Shown here: piece by piece, positions 23,745 to 33,468 of the stretch
How positions within the stretch are numbered: position 1 is the first letter of the stretch
How the letters are laid out: each line of letters starts with the position of its first letter
NCBI GenBank assembly: GCA_965220745.1
Contig: CBDCQT010000011.1
Location: 512,001 to 576,000, forward strand
DNA: 64,000 nt
Source of the DNA: Alphaproteobacteria bacterium
Lineage (GTDB): Bacteria > Pseudomonadota > Alphaproteobacteria > UBA828
Direction of reading: 5' to 3'
Position numbers and translations under genes: made by a program
Notes under the pieces: model-generated
The model's database searches: none
What the model was told of the DNA's origin: nothing
Seen by the model: the letters and a program-made list of their open reading frames with translations, nothing else

Positions 23745-24575
23745 ATGAAACTCTGCCTGATCCAGATGAACAGCACGCCCGACCACGGGGAAAACGTGGC
23801 GCGCGCCGCCGGCTACATCGACCGGGCGGTGGCGGCCCAAAAGCCCGATCTCGTGGTCGTGCCCGAGTTCTTCAATCACCCCTACGTCTTCCAGTACCGC
23901 GACTACGCGCACATCGACGAGGCGGAGGGCGAGGACGGCATCGCCATCTCGACCATGCGTGAGAAGGCTCGCGAGCACGGCATCCACATCATCGCCACCA
24001 TCTTCGAGTCCGTATCCGCCGGCGTCTGCTACGACAGCGCCATCGTGATCGATCCCTCGGGCGCGATCCTCGGGCGTTACCGCAAGGCGCATCCGGCGGC
24101 AGTGCGTAGCCTGGAGAAAATCTACTTCCGCTACGGCTCGCACTTCCCGGTGTTCCGCATCGGCGAGTGGCGGGTCGGAATAAACATCTGCTACGACACG
24201 TTCTTTCCCGAATCCGCACGCTGCGCCGCGGTCAACGGCGCCGAGCTGATCGTGGTTCCCTTCGCGGCACCGGCGGTCGCCTGCTGGCGCGAGACCATGC
24301 AGACCCGCGCCTTCGAGAACGGCGTCTACTTCGCGCCCTGCAACAAGGTGGGGCTGGAAGGGGAGTGGACCTTCGGCGGGCGCAGCATGATCGTCGCCCC
24401 GGATTCCGAGGTGCTGGCGGAGGCGGGCGACGACGGCGACGAGACCATCACAGCCACCCTCGACCGCGCCCGCGTCTTCGACGCCCGCCGCGCCTGGCCC
24501 ATGTTCCGCGACCGCCGTCCCGATCTCTACACCTCGATCACGACACCGACCGAAGACATTCCGCGTATCGACTGA
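23745..24575 (+). CDS. Carbon-nitrogen hydrolase (nitrilase superfamily amidase)
   Basis: Catalytic triad E (VPEFF), K (YRKAH), C (ICYD); GRSMIVAPD. Confidence 0.92.
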   Translation: MKLCLIQMNSTPDHGENVARAAGYIDRAVAAQKPDLVVVPEFFNHPYVFQYRDYAHIDEAEGEDGIAISTMREKAREHGIHIIATIFESVSAGVCYDSAIVIDPSGAILGRYRKAHPAAVRSLEKIYFRYGSHFPVFRIGEWRVGINICYDTFFPESARCAAVNGAELIVVPFAAPAVACWRETMQTRAFENGVYFAPCNKVGLEGEWTFGGRSMIVAPDSEVLAEAGDDGDETITATLDRARVFDARRAWPMFRDRRPDLYTSITTPTEDIPRID

Positions 24576-24592
24576 TCGTCCTGGCCTTGAGA

Positions 24593-26122
24593 ATGAGAAC
24601 CGGCAAGCGAATTCTTGCGAGTGCCGTCCTCGCGTGTGTTCTGGTCCTTGCCGGCGCGGTGCAGCCGGTCGCTGCCTCCCTCGACCCGGTGGAGGATGGC
24701 GCGCCCACGCCCGCCGCGCGCGCCATCCCCATCGCACCGGTCGATCCCGGCAGCACCGCCGGGCGCATCGTCTTCGGCGTCGCCGACTGGCTGGAGCAAC
24801 GTTTCGGTTCCGGGTCCCAGACGGTGCGGCTCGCGCTCGACGCGCCGATGTGGGCCGAGGAGTGGGGCGACGCCGTCACCCTCCACCTCCCCGGCGCACG
24901 TCTCGTGGAGCCCTCCGTGCCCCTGGCGCGGTGGGAACTCGGCGACCTCGCCATCGCGGTGACGCCGCAGGGTAAGACCGCCTACGACTTCGAGACCGCC
25001 TTGCCGCCTGCAATCGACAAAGGTCCGGACCGGCTCGCCATCGGCCAAGGCACGGTCTCCGGCACCTGGCGATCGGATATGGAGATCACGACGAGGCTAG
25101 ATGCCAATGCCGCCGACATCCGATTCCTGGAAGGCAAGGGCTCTCAAGCGGTGGAGACGGTGTCGCTCGGAGCGCTTTCCGTCGCGGACGAGCTGGTCGA
25201 GGGCGACGACGGGCTGTGGGACGGCCGCTCCACCCTCACTCTTTCTGAGCTCGAGGCCGAAGGATTCAGCCTGGGCCGGCTCGACGTCGCCGGCAACTTC
25301 GAGGATTTCGACAGCGATCTGATCCTGCAGATGCGCGGAGACTTCGGCTCGTTCGCAGGCGGCGCGAGCAGCCCGACGGCGCTCGGCGACCTTCTGATGC
25401 CTCTCGTGGAGGGCCGCTGGGGGCGATCGGAGATGACCATCACCCTGCACGATTTGACGGCGACCGGCGACGACGCGGACCTGGGCGGCGGCGAACTCTC
25501 GCTCGGTCGGCTGGAATGGCGCGTCGGCGCCGACGGTCGAGGGGACTTCGCGGACCTCTCCACGCGGATTTCGGCCGCCGACGTGGTGCTCGGCGGGGCC
25601 GCCGCCGCCGAAATTCCGCCTGCGCTGATGCCCCACACGGCGACCGTCGATGTCGTCCTCAGCCGACTGCCGTTACGGAGAATTGCCGACTCCCTCTCCG
25701 GTCTCGCGAAGCGGGGAGAGATGGGGGGGCCCGGCGAAGAGTCGATGATGGAGGTCATTCTGGACCACCTGGATGCGGCGGATTCGTCGTTGGAGATTCG
25801 GGACATCTACGTCGTCACGCCCTCGTGCGAGCTCCGTGCCGAGGGCCGGCTCCAGGTCGAGCCGGCGAGCGTCTTCGGCATCATCGGGCGCCTGGATGCC
25901 CGTGTTCGGGGTCTGAATGCCCTCATGGCGCTGGCTGCGGAGGAGGGCGAGGAAGACATGCTGGCCCTGCTGATCGTGCTTCAGGGTCTCGGCAGGCCGG
26001 TCTTCGACGAGGGCGCCGACGAGCCCTTCTACGCCTACGAGATCGACCTGCGCCGCGACGGGGCCGTCACCGTCAACGGCATCCCCTTCGACATGCTCCT
26101 CGGCGACCTTCCGCTCCAATGA
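24593..26122 (+). CDS. Exported hypothetical protein, DUF2125/YdgA-like beta-rich
   Basis: Signal peptide at ATG 24593; acidic beta-strand-rich body; C-terminal YEIDLRRDGAVTVNGIPF motif. Confidence 0.6.
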   Translation: MRTGKRILASAVLACVLVLAGAVQPVAASLDPVEDGAPTPAARAIPIAPVDPGSTAGRIVFGVADWLEQRFGSGSQTVRLALDAPMWAEEWGDAVTLHLPGARLVEPSVPLARWELGDLAIAVTPQGKTAYDFETALPPAIDKGPDRLAIGQGTVSGTWRSDMEITTRLDANAADIRFLEGKGSQAVETVSLGALSVADELVEGDDGLWDGRSTLTLSELEAEGFSLGRLDVAGNFEDFDSDLILQMRGDFGSFAGGASSPTALGDLLMPLVEGRWGRSEMTITLHDLTATGDDADLGGGELSLGRLEWRVGADGRGDFADLSTRISAADVVLGGAAAAEIPPALMPHTATVDVVLSRLPLRRIADSLSGLAKRGEMGGPGEESMMEVILDHLDAADSSLEIRDIYVVTPSCELRAEGRLQVEPASVFGIIGRLDARVRGLNALMALAAEEGEEDMLALLIVLQGLGRPVFDEGADEPFYAYEIDLRRDGAVTVNGIPFDMLLGDLPLQ

Positions 26123-26153
26123 GCGGCCGCCCAGCTCAAGTTAACCGGCAAGG

Positions 26154-26840
26154 ATGATGGAACGCGTGGCACAGCGCCCGCTGACGCTGAGTCGCGAGGC
26201 GCTCGCCTCGGGCGCGATCCGTCGCTTCGTCGAAGCGCATTCGCACATCGAGACACGCAGCCCGGCGGAGCTCGCGGCCTCCCTTCGTTCGGCGCTCGCC
26301 GGCCGTGATCTCTCCGGCGGCGTCTGGCTCTTCGCCTACGGCTCGCTGATCTGGAACCCACTCATCGAAGTCGCCGAGAGGCGGCTCGGCACGGCCTACG
26401 GCTATCACCGGCGGTTCTGCATCTGGTCGGAGCTCGGCCGCGGCAGCCCCGAACGGCCCGGTCTGGTGCTCGCCCTCGACCACGGCGGCGCCTGCCGTGG
26501 CGTGCTGTTACGCGTCGCGCCGGAGCGGGTCGAAAGCGAACTGGACGTAATCTGGCAGCGGGAGATGCTCACCTCGGTCTATCGCGCGCGCTGGCTTCGG
26601 GTGCGGAGCGCGGCGGGCCCCGTCGAGGCGCTCGCCTTCACCGTCAACCGCGCTCATTCGCGCTATGCGGGGCGACTCCCGGACGAGCGCATTCTGGACG
26701 CGATCGCCGCCGCCGAAGGCCCGATCGGGCGCTGCGCCGATTACCTTATCGAGACCGTTGCCTCCCTGCGCGCCCTTGGCATCTGCGAGGCGGGTCTGGC
26801 CGCGCTCAACGATCGGCTGGCAGCGCGCGGGGGCGCATAG
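26154..26840 (+). CDS. ChaC-type gamma-glutamylcyclotransferase
   Basis: WLFAYGSLIWNP, RGSPERPGLVLALD.GG.C.G, WQREM. Confidence 0.92.
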   Translation: MMERVAQRPLTLSREALASGAIRRFVEAHSHIETRSPAELAASLRSALAGRDLSGGVWLFAYGSLIWNPLIEVAERRLGTAYGYHRRFCIWSELGRGSPERPGLVLALDHGGACRGVLLRVAPERVESELDVIWQREMLTSVYRARWLRVRSAAGPVEALAFTVNRAHSRYAGRLPDERILDAIAAAEGPIGRCADYLIETVASLRALGICEAGLAALNDRLAARGGA

Positions 26841-26922
26841 CCGCCGGAAGCAATCCACGCCGCCCCTTGCCAGGGTGCGACGGGAGCGGGATAGTCTTGC
26901 GGAAAAGGCCGGAGGCAACGGC

Positions 26923-27903
26923 ATGAGTGAAGAGTTCGACTGGGAGATCCCGCTCTCGGCGCAGCCGAAACCGGAGCAGGTGTCTTTCGACCTCGACCGC
27001 GCGCTTGGCGCCGTCGTGGGCTTGCGCGCAACCATTCCGGAAGACGCGTTCACAGCCGGGATCCTGGGAACCGAGAGGACCGGCAACGGGGTCCTGATCG
27101 GCGCAAGCGGCCTCGTGCTTACCATCGGCTACCTGGTCGCCGAGGCGGAATCGGTCTGGCTGACGGCGAGCGACGGCAGCGTGCTCGCGGGTCACGCGCT
27201 GGGCTACGACTTCGAATCGGGGTTCGGTCTGGTGCAGGCGCTCGGCCGCTTCAACGTGCCGGCGCTCGATGTCGGCTCCTCGGCCGCCCTTGAGGTCGGT
27301 GATTTCGTCATCGTGGCTGGCGAAGGCGGCAGGCGGCGCTCGCTCAACGCCCGCGTCACCGCCAAGCGCGAGTTCGCCGGCTATTGGGAATACGTGCTGG
27401 ACGAGGCCGTCTTCACCGCGCCGCCGCATCCCAACTGGGGCGGGTGCGGACTGATCGACCGCCACGGCCAGCTCGTCGGCATCGGCTCGCTGCTGGTGCG
27501 CCAGGCCGGCGCTGGCGGGGACGACACGCTCGACGGTAACATGATCGTCCCGATCGACCTGCTGAAGCCGATTCTCGACGACATGCAGACGCTTGGCCGC
27601 ACCCAGCGCCCGCCCAGGCCCTGGCTCGGCGCCTACGTCACCGAGGTCGACGAGGCGCTCGTCGTCGCAGGGCTTGCGCCGGAGGGGCCGGCCGAGCAGG
27701 CGGAACTGCAGGTCGGCGATCAGGTGCTCGCGGTCAACCGACAGCCCGTCGGCAGTCTCGTCGAGCTCTTCCGCAGCGTCTGGGCAGTGGGCGAGGCGGG
27801 CGTTGCTGTGCCGCTCACCGTGATGCGAAACGGCGAGCCCCACGAAGTCCGGGTGCTGAGCGCCACCCGCGACGAGTTCATGAAGGCCCCGCAACTGCAC
27901 TGA
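26923..27903 (+). CDS. Trypsin-like (S1C) fold plus PDZ protein with degenerate catalytic triad
   Basis: GNGVLI..LTIGYLV (His site), PNWGGCGL (Ser site), RPWLG followed by PDZ; GGAGG RBS before ATG 26923. Confidence 0.85.
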   Translation: MSEEFDWEIPLSAQPKPEQVSFDLDRALGAVVGLRATIPEDAFTAGILGTERTGNGVLIGASGLVLTIGYLVAEAESVWLTASDGSVLAGHALGYDFESGFGLVQALGRFNVPALDVGSSAALEVGDFVIVAGEGGRRRSLNARVTAKREFAGYWEYVLDEAVFTAPPHPNWGGCGLIDRHGQLVGIGSLLVRQAGAGGDDTLDGNMIVPIDLLKPILDDMQTLGRTQRPPRPWLGAYVTEVDEALVVAGLAPEGPAEQAELQVGDQVLAVNRQPVGSLVELFRSVWAVGEAGVAVPLTVMRNGEPHEVRVLSATRDEFMKAPQLH

Positions 27904-28795
27904 CGACGCCTGGCGTAAGCCAGGCCGCGCCGCGTAGGCCGCTCTCCGGTCCGTAGCGCGCGCGAACCAGCCGGGTGGTGGGCCGGGCCACGTTCGCGTG
28001 AGCGCCCCAGGCACCAGGCACCAGACGGTAAAGCGCGTCGATCTCCGAGAGGCCGCCGCCCAGCACGATCACGTCGGGGTCGAGCAGGTTGATAACGCCG
28101 GCGAGCGCCTGGGCCAGACGCTCGGCATAGCGGGCGACAGTGTCCGCCGCGAGCGCCTCTCCCGCCGCCGCCCGCGCTCCGATCTCTGCGGCCGTGGCCT
28201 CGCCGCCGCCGAGTGCGGCGTAGTCGCGCGCGAGCGCAGCCCCGTTGAGCCAGGTCTCGACGCAGCCCTGGGCGAAGCGCCCGCAGGCGCAGGGCACGCC
28301 GGCGCTCTCTGGCGTGGGCCAGGGGTTGTGGCCCCACTCGCCGGCGCTGGCGTTGGCGCCCACCAGGGCCTCGCCCCGCACCACCAGACCGCCGCCCACG
28401 CCGGTGCCCAGGATGACTCCGAACACCACCTCGGCCCCCGCACCGGCGCCGTCGGTCGCTTCGGAGAGGGCGAAGCAGTTGGCGTCGTTGGCGAGCGCCA
28501 CCGGGCAGCCGAGCCGGGCCTCCAGGGCCTGGCGCAGCGGCTGCCCTTCGAGCCAGGGCAGGTTGACGATCATGCTGATCTCGCCGTCCCGCATGATCAC
28601 GCCGGGGAGGCTCACGCCCACGCCGGGCGCGTGCACGCCGGCGGCAGCGAGCTCCGCCACCATTTCGACCATGGCATCGGCCACGCCGTCGAAGCTCTCC
28701 GGCACCGGCCTGCGCAGGCGCGCGCGCTCCACCCCGCCGTCGTCGAGCCCGATGGCGGCGAGCTTGGTGCCGCCGATGTCGAAGCCGATGCGCAT
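27878..28795 (-). CDS. ROK family sugar kinase (probable N-acetylglucosamine kinase)
   Basis: DIGGTK, NDANCFALSE, LGTGVGGG, GEWGH, CACG...CVE; downstream of nagA. Confidence 0.9.
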   Translation of the reverse strand: MRIGFDIGGTKLAAIGLDDGGVERARLRRPVPESFDGVADAMVEMVAELAAAGVHAPGVGVSLPGVIMRDGEISMIVNLPWLEGQPLRQALEARLGCPVALANDANCFALSEATDGAGAGAEVVFGVILGTGVGGGLVVRGEALVGANASAGEWGHNPWPTPESAGVPCACGRFAQGCVETWLNGAALARDYAALGGGEATAAEIGARAAAGEALAADTVARYAERLAQALAGVINLLDPDVIVLGGGLSEIDALYRLVPGAWGAHANVARPTTRLVRARYGPESGLRGAAWLTPGVVSAVAGPS

Positions 28796-28801
28796 CGCGC
28801 C

Positions 28802-29953
28802 CTACTGCACCTCCGACGCGTCGCTGCGCTCCCCGCCGATCCAGGTGGCGCGGACGCCCAGCTCGTCGTCGAGCCAGACCAAATCGGCGCGGAGCCCCGG
28901 TGCGAGCCGCCCCCGGCTCTCGGCGAGCCCGAGGAAATCCGCCGGATAGGCGGCAGCCATGGCGAGCGCCTCCTCGAGCGGAATGCCGGCATGGGCGACG
29001 CAGTTCCTTACCGCCTGCCCCATGTCGAGCAGCGAGCCCGCGAGGCGGCCGTCGGCCACGCGCAGGCAGCCGTCCACCACACGCACGCGCTCGTCGCCCA
29101 GGCTGAACTCATCGAGGGCGGGTGCACCCACCGGTGCCATCGCGTCGGTGACCAGAAACAACTTGCTGCGGGGTTTGGCGCGCCAGGCGAGGCGAACCAC
29201 GTCCCAGTGCACGTGGATGCCGTCGGCGATGATGCTGCAGGCGAGGTGGTCGCGGGTGAGCGCCGCCCCGGCGGCGCCCAACTCCCGGTGGCCGAGCGGG
29301 CCCATGGCGTTGAACAGGTGGGTCACGCCGGTCAGTTCCGACGCCGCCATATCGAAGGTACCAGCGTCGGCCTCGGTGTGGCCGGCGGCGACGATGACCC
29401 CGCGCCCCGCGAGCGCGCCGATGTGGGCGGGTTCCACGCTTTCGGGCGCGAGCGTCACGAGGGTGCGGCCAGTGCCCAGCGAGGCGAGCAGGTCGATGTC
29501 ATCGTCGCCCAACGGGCCGATTTCGCGCGCATCATGGGCCCCGCGCCGCGCCAGGTTGATGTGGGGACCTTCGAAGTGGATGCCGAGGACCCCCGGCATC
29601 CCCTGATCGAGCGCCTCCCGCACCGCTTCAACCGCCCGCGCCATGTCGGCGCGCGGGCCGGAGATGAAAGTCGGCAGAAAACCCGTGGTGCCGAAGGCGC
29701 GGTGGGCACGGCCGATCGCCGCGATGGTCGCCGTTGTCGGCGCATCGTTGAACATTACACCGCCGCCGCCGTTGACCTGGAGGTCGATGAAGCCGGCGGC
29801 GAGCGTGCCTCCCGCGAGTCGCGTGACTTGCGCTCCGGTGGGGATCGCGTCCTCCGCCGCGATGTCTTGAATGACGCCGTCTGCGAACAGCAGGGCACAG
29901 CCGGAGAGAAGCCCCTCGGGCGTGTGCAACCGGGCGCCGATCAGGGCGTCCAT
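28802..29953 (-). CDS. nagA: N-acetylglucosamine-6-phosphate deacetylase
   Basis: GFIDLQVNG, HFEGP, GAH, TLAPE, THLFNAM, IADGIHV, LVTDAM, LAGS. Confidence 0.95.
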   Translation of the reverse strand: MDALIGARLHTPEGLLSGCALLFADGVIQDIAAEDAIPTGAQVTRLAGGTLAAGFIDLQVNGGGGVMFNDAPTTATIAAIGRAHRAFGTTGFLPTFISGPRADMARAVEAVREALDQGMPGVLGIHFEGPHINLARRGAHDAREIGPLGDDDIDLLASLGTGRTLVTLAPESVEPAHIGALAGRGVIVAAGHTEADAGTFDMAASELTGVTHLFNAMGPLGHRELGAAGAALTRDHLACSIIADGIHVHWDVVRLAWRAKPRSKLFLVTDAMAPVGAPALDEFSLGDERVRVVDGCLRVADGRLAGSLLDMGQAVRNCVAHAGIPLEEALAMAAAYPADFLGLAESRGRLAPGLRADLVWLDDELGVRATWIGGERSDASEVQ

Positions 29954-30046
29954 CGTCTCCCTAACGCCTCCTGCCGGGAAACGGGTTCGCCGGCGCGAGG
30001 CGGAATGCTAGTGTCGGTGCAAAGGTCACGGAACCGGGTGTAAGCC

Positions 30047-31039
30047 ATGCTGCGCGCTGCCTCAATCGGGATGGGCTGGTGGTCCGACGAGCTAGCGGAC
30101 GCCGCACAGGGTAAGTCGGACGTGATCCGCATTGTGACCTGCTTCACCCGGTCGGCGGAAAAGCGCGCGGCCTTCGCCGAAAAATACGGCACGGCCCAAC
30201 ACGACTCCTACGAAGCGGTGCTCGCAGACGACGGCGTCGACGCGGTCATCCTGACCACGCCGCACTCGACCCATGCTGAGCAGGTGATCGCGGCGGCGGC
30301 GGCCGGCAAGCATGTCTTCTGCGAGAAGCCGTTCACGCTGACCCGCGCGAGCGCGCAAGCCGCGGTGGATGCCTGTGCCGAGGCGGGCGTGGTGCTCGCG
30401 ATCGGGCAGAACCGGCGCTGGCACAGCGCGACCCGCGCGCTCAAACGCATGGTGGAGGGCGGTGACTTCGGCACGATCCTCCACGCGGAGGCGAATTTCT
30501 CTGTGCCGAGCGCCCTCAGCTACCCGCCGGAGCTCTGGCGCTCCAACCGTGTCGAGAGCCCGGCCGGCTCGATCACGGGGCTCGGCATCCACATGATCGA
30601 TGCCCTCGTCTATCTGCTGGGGCCCGTCGCGCGGGTGGCGGCGCAGGCCCACCGGCGCGCGGTGCCGGTCGACATCGACGACACGACCTCGGTGCTGTTC
30701 CTCTTCGAATCCGGGGTCTCGGGCTACCTCGGCACGATGTTCGCCTGCCCCCACACCTCCTACATCAATGTCTACGGCACTGGCGGCAACGCCTTCGCCC
30801 AGATCGACAACAGCCAGCTCATTCTCCAATCGGCGGACGGGGTCAGGCGGGAGGAGCCCATCGAACCCAATGACACGCTCAGGCTGGAGCTCGACGAGTT
30901 CGCTGCAACCTGCGCCGGCGAGGCGCGGTACACGGTGACGACCGAGGAGGCCGTGCACGGCATCGCCGTGATGGAGGCGCTGGTCGAGGCCACGGCCACC
31001 GGCCAGTGGGTGGAGGTCGCCGGCGGGGGCGAGGCATGA
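30047..31039 (+). CDS. Gfo/Idh/MocA family oxidoreductase
   Basis: IGMGWW Rossmann motif, GKHVFCEKP, GIHMID. Confidence 0.92.
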   Translation: MLRAASIGMGWWSDELADAAQGKSDVIRIVTCFTRSAEKRAAFAEKYGTAQHDSYEAVLADDGVDAVILTTPHSTHAEQVIAAAAAGKHVFCEKPFTLTRASAQAAVDACAEAGVVLAIGQNRRWHSATRALKRMVEGGDFGTILHAEANFSVPSALSYPPELWRSNRVESPAGSITGLGIHMIDALVYLLGPVARVAAQAHRRAVPVDIDDTTSVLFLFESGVSGYLGTMFACPHTSYINVYGTGGNAFAQIDNSQLILQSADGVRREEPIEPNDTLRLELDEFAATCAGEARYTVTTEEAVHGIAVMEALVEATATGQWVEVAGGGEA

Positions 31040-32040
31040 GCGCGCGCCACACCTTTTTCTGCATCGACGGCCACACCTGCGGCAATCCCGTGCGCGTGGT
31101 GGCAGGCGGCGGGCCGACGCTCGTAGGCGCCACCATGAGCGAGCGGCGCCAGCACTTCCTCCGCGACCACGACTGGATCCGCCGGGCGCTCATGTACGAG
31201 CCCCGCGGCCACGACCTGATGTCGGGCTCCGTGCTCTACCCGCCGCTCTCGCCAGACGCCGATATTGCGCTGCTCTTCGTCGAGACCTCCGGATGCCTGC
31301 CGATGTGCGGCCACGGCACCATCGGGACCGTGACCATCGCCTTGGAGCACGGCCTCGTCTCCCCCCGTAACGAGGGCACGCTGGTGCTGGACACGCCGGC
31401 GGGCCGGGTCGAGGCGCGTTACCGACAGAACGGTACGCGCGTCGAGGCCGTGCGCATCACCAACGTGCCGAGCTTCCTGGCGGAGACGGGCGTCGCGGTG
31501 GAGTGCCCCGGTCTCGGTCCGCTCACGGTGGACATCGCCTATGGCGGCAACTTCTACGCGATCGTCGATCCTCAGCCGGGCTATGCGGGGATGGAGGCGT
31601 TCTCAGCGGCCGAGCTGCTGGCGATGAGCCCCGGCCTGCGCGAGGCCTGCAACCGGGTGGTGGAGTGCGTCCATCCCGACGATTCGTCCATCGCAGGCGT
31701 CAGCCACGTGATGTGGACCGGCGCACCGCAGGACCCCGGCGCTCACGGGCGGAACGCTGTCTTCTACGGCTCCGGCGCGCTCGATCGCTCCCCCTGCGGC
31801 ACCGGCAGCTCCGCGCGCATGGCGCAGTGGGCGGCCACGGGCAAGCTCGCGGCCGGCGATGACTTCGTGCACGAGAGCATCATCGGCAGCCTGTTCAACT
31901 GCCGCGTCGAGAGCGCGACGAAGGTGGGCAATCACGACGCGATCGTGCCGAGCATCGAAGGCTGGGCGCGAGTCACCGGGCTCAACACCATCTTCGTGGA
32001 CGAAGCCGATCCCTTCGCCCACGGTTTCCAGGTGACCTAG
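31036..32040 (+). CDS. 4-hydroxyproline 2-epimerase (proline racemase family)
   Basis: IDGHTCGNPVR, EPRGH..MSG, both catalytic Cys present (MCGHG, DRSPCGTG); ATGA overlap with the upstream gene. Confidence 0.9.
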   Translation: MSARHTFFCIDGHTCGNPVRVVAGGGPTLVGATMSERRQHFLRDHDWIRRALMYEPRGHDLMSGSVLYPPLSPDADIALLFVETSGCLPMCGHGTIGTVTIALEHGLVSPRNEGTLVLDTPAGRVEARYRQNGTRVEAVRITNVPSFLAETGVAVECPGLGPLTVDIAYGGNFYAIVDPQPGYAGMEAFSAAELLAMSPGLREACNRVVECVHPDDSSIAGVSHVMWTGAPQDPGAHGRNAVFYGSGALDRSPCGTGSSARMAQWAATGKLAAGDDFVHESIIGSLFNCRVESATKVGNHDAIVPSIEGWARVTGLNTIFVDEADPFAHGFQVT

Positions 32041-32224
32041 ACCGGTTCGGCCAAAACATAAGGAAAAGTTATATCAATATAAGCAATCAATATTGGGCGG
32101 TATACGCCCAGCCGGGCAGTGTCGGACTGTTTGGCTGGGTGCCGCGATGGAATGCAGCCCGGCCTTGGCAGATGGGGCATGTCGGCACAGCGTGGACGAC
32201 GCGCGTTCGGGGAGACAAGAAAAC

Positions 32225-32983
32225 ATGACAAGTTCCGCCATTGGCAAGCCTGATCGCGCTCTTCGCGCGCTCGTTCGTTCTCTCGCCCCGGCCTGTGCCG
32301 TCCTGCTGGTCGCCACGCTCGGCCTGGGCTGCAGCGCGTACGGCGATGCGTCGGACGACGTGTCGCTCAACCCGCAGGCGAGCGATCCCGCCGATGGCGC
32401 CTCGGCGACCTATACCGTCACGTACACGGGCGCCTGGACTGCGGCTGCCACGCCCGGGGGCGTTCCTGACGGTGCGCACTTCTCGCCGCTGATCGGCGGC
32501 GTCCATAATGCCGCCGTGGCGTTCCTGGAGGCCGGTGGCGTCGCCACGCCGGGCATCGAATCCATGGCGGAGCGCGGACGCACCGCCACCCTGACGAAGG
32601 AAATCGAAGCAGCCGGGGCTAATGCGCTCAGCGTGCTGCGCAAGGAGTCGGGCTCCGGCGCGACGGAGTCCTCGACATTCGAATCCGTCGTGCTCACCGC
32701 CGACCATCCCCGCGTCACTCTGCTCTCGATGATCGCGCCGAGCCCGGATTGGTTCGTCGGCGTCTTCGGTCTTTCCCTGCTCGATGCCGAGGGCGGCTGG
32801 GTCGAGGCGCTGACGGTGGACCTCCACCCCTGGGATGCCGGGACCGAGGAGGGTGAGGAATTCTCGTTCGACAACGCGGAAACCGTGCCGCAGGGCACCA
32901 TCACCAGCCTCCAGGGCACAGGCAAGTTCTCGTCGGACGCGCCGATGGCGACGCTGACCTTCACTCTCCAGTCGGCCGAATAG
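32225..32983 (+). CDS. Spondin_N domain exported protein
   Basis: ATYTVTYTGAW, HFSPLIGGVH, ATPGIESMAE.G, SMIAPSPDWFVGV, WDAGTEEG motifs of the F-spondin/mindin N domain; LGC possible lipobox. Confidence 0.88.
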   Translation: MTSSAIGKPDRALRALVRSLAPACAVLLVATLGLGCSAYGDASDDVSLNPQASDPADGASATYTVTYTGAWTAAATPGGVPDGAHFSPLIGGVHNAAVAFLEAGGVATPGIESMAERGRTATLTKEIEAAGANALSVLRKESGSGATESSTFESVVLTADHPRVTLLSMIAPSPDWFVGVFGLSLLDAEGGWVEALTVDLHPWDAGTEEGEEFSFDNAETVPQGTITSLQGTGKFSSDAPMATLTFTLQSAE

Positions 32984-32984
32984 G

Positions 32985-33443
32985 GTGAGCGGAACCCCCG
33001 CAGCGGCAGCCCAGCATAGCGGCGCGACCGCCGCCGAGAATGCGCGCAAGCACACCCTAAAGCGCCGCACGCCGCCGCTCGCTGCCTTGTTGTTCGCGAT
33101 GGTCCTCGTCGCGGCGACGCTCGCGCCAGGTCCACGCGCGGCTGCGGAGGAGTACAGCGATGCCATGCTCGAAGCCTTCGCTTCCGCCGCCATCGAGGTC
33201 AGCAGACGGATCGAGGCCTGGCGGCCACTCATCGAAAGCACGGCCGACGAGGACGAGCGCGCAGCCCTGATCGAAGACGCACAGGCGGACCTCGCGCGCG
33301 CCATCGAAGAGACGGAAGGCATCGACGAGGACGAGTACTACGCCATCTACGAAGCCGCGCGGGAGGACCAGGCGCTGCGCAATCGAATAAACGAGATCTT
33401 CTCCGCCCTCCTGCAGCGCCCGCAAGTCCCTCGCGCCGAGTGA
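32985..33443 (+). CDS. DUF4168 family exported helical protein
   Basis: Signal-like hydrophobic segment; YSDAMLEAFASA..V; GIDEDEYYAIYEAA..D..LRNRI. Confidence 0.75.
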   Translation: MSGTPAAAAQHSGATAAENARKHTLKRRTPPLAALLFAMVLVAATLAPGPRAAAEEYSDAMLEAFASAAIEVSRRIEAWRPLIESTADEDERAALIEDAQADLARAIEETEGIDEDEYYAIYEAAREDQALRNRINEIFSALLQRPQVPRAE

Positions 33444-33468
33444 CCGCCTATCGAGGAACAAGAGGCCG

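Noticed and set aside
24167-24592. N-terminal extension of the 651-aa ORF suggesting overlap or fusion with the nitrilase
   Set aside because: Off-frame read of the nitrilase gene; a signal peptide begins at ATG 24593
27878-27903. 26-bp convergent overlap of the ROK and S1C-PDZ 3' ends
   Set aside because: Short tail-to-tail overlaps are common and involve unconserved tail residues
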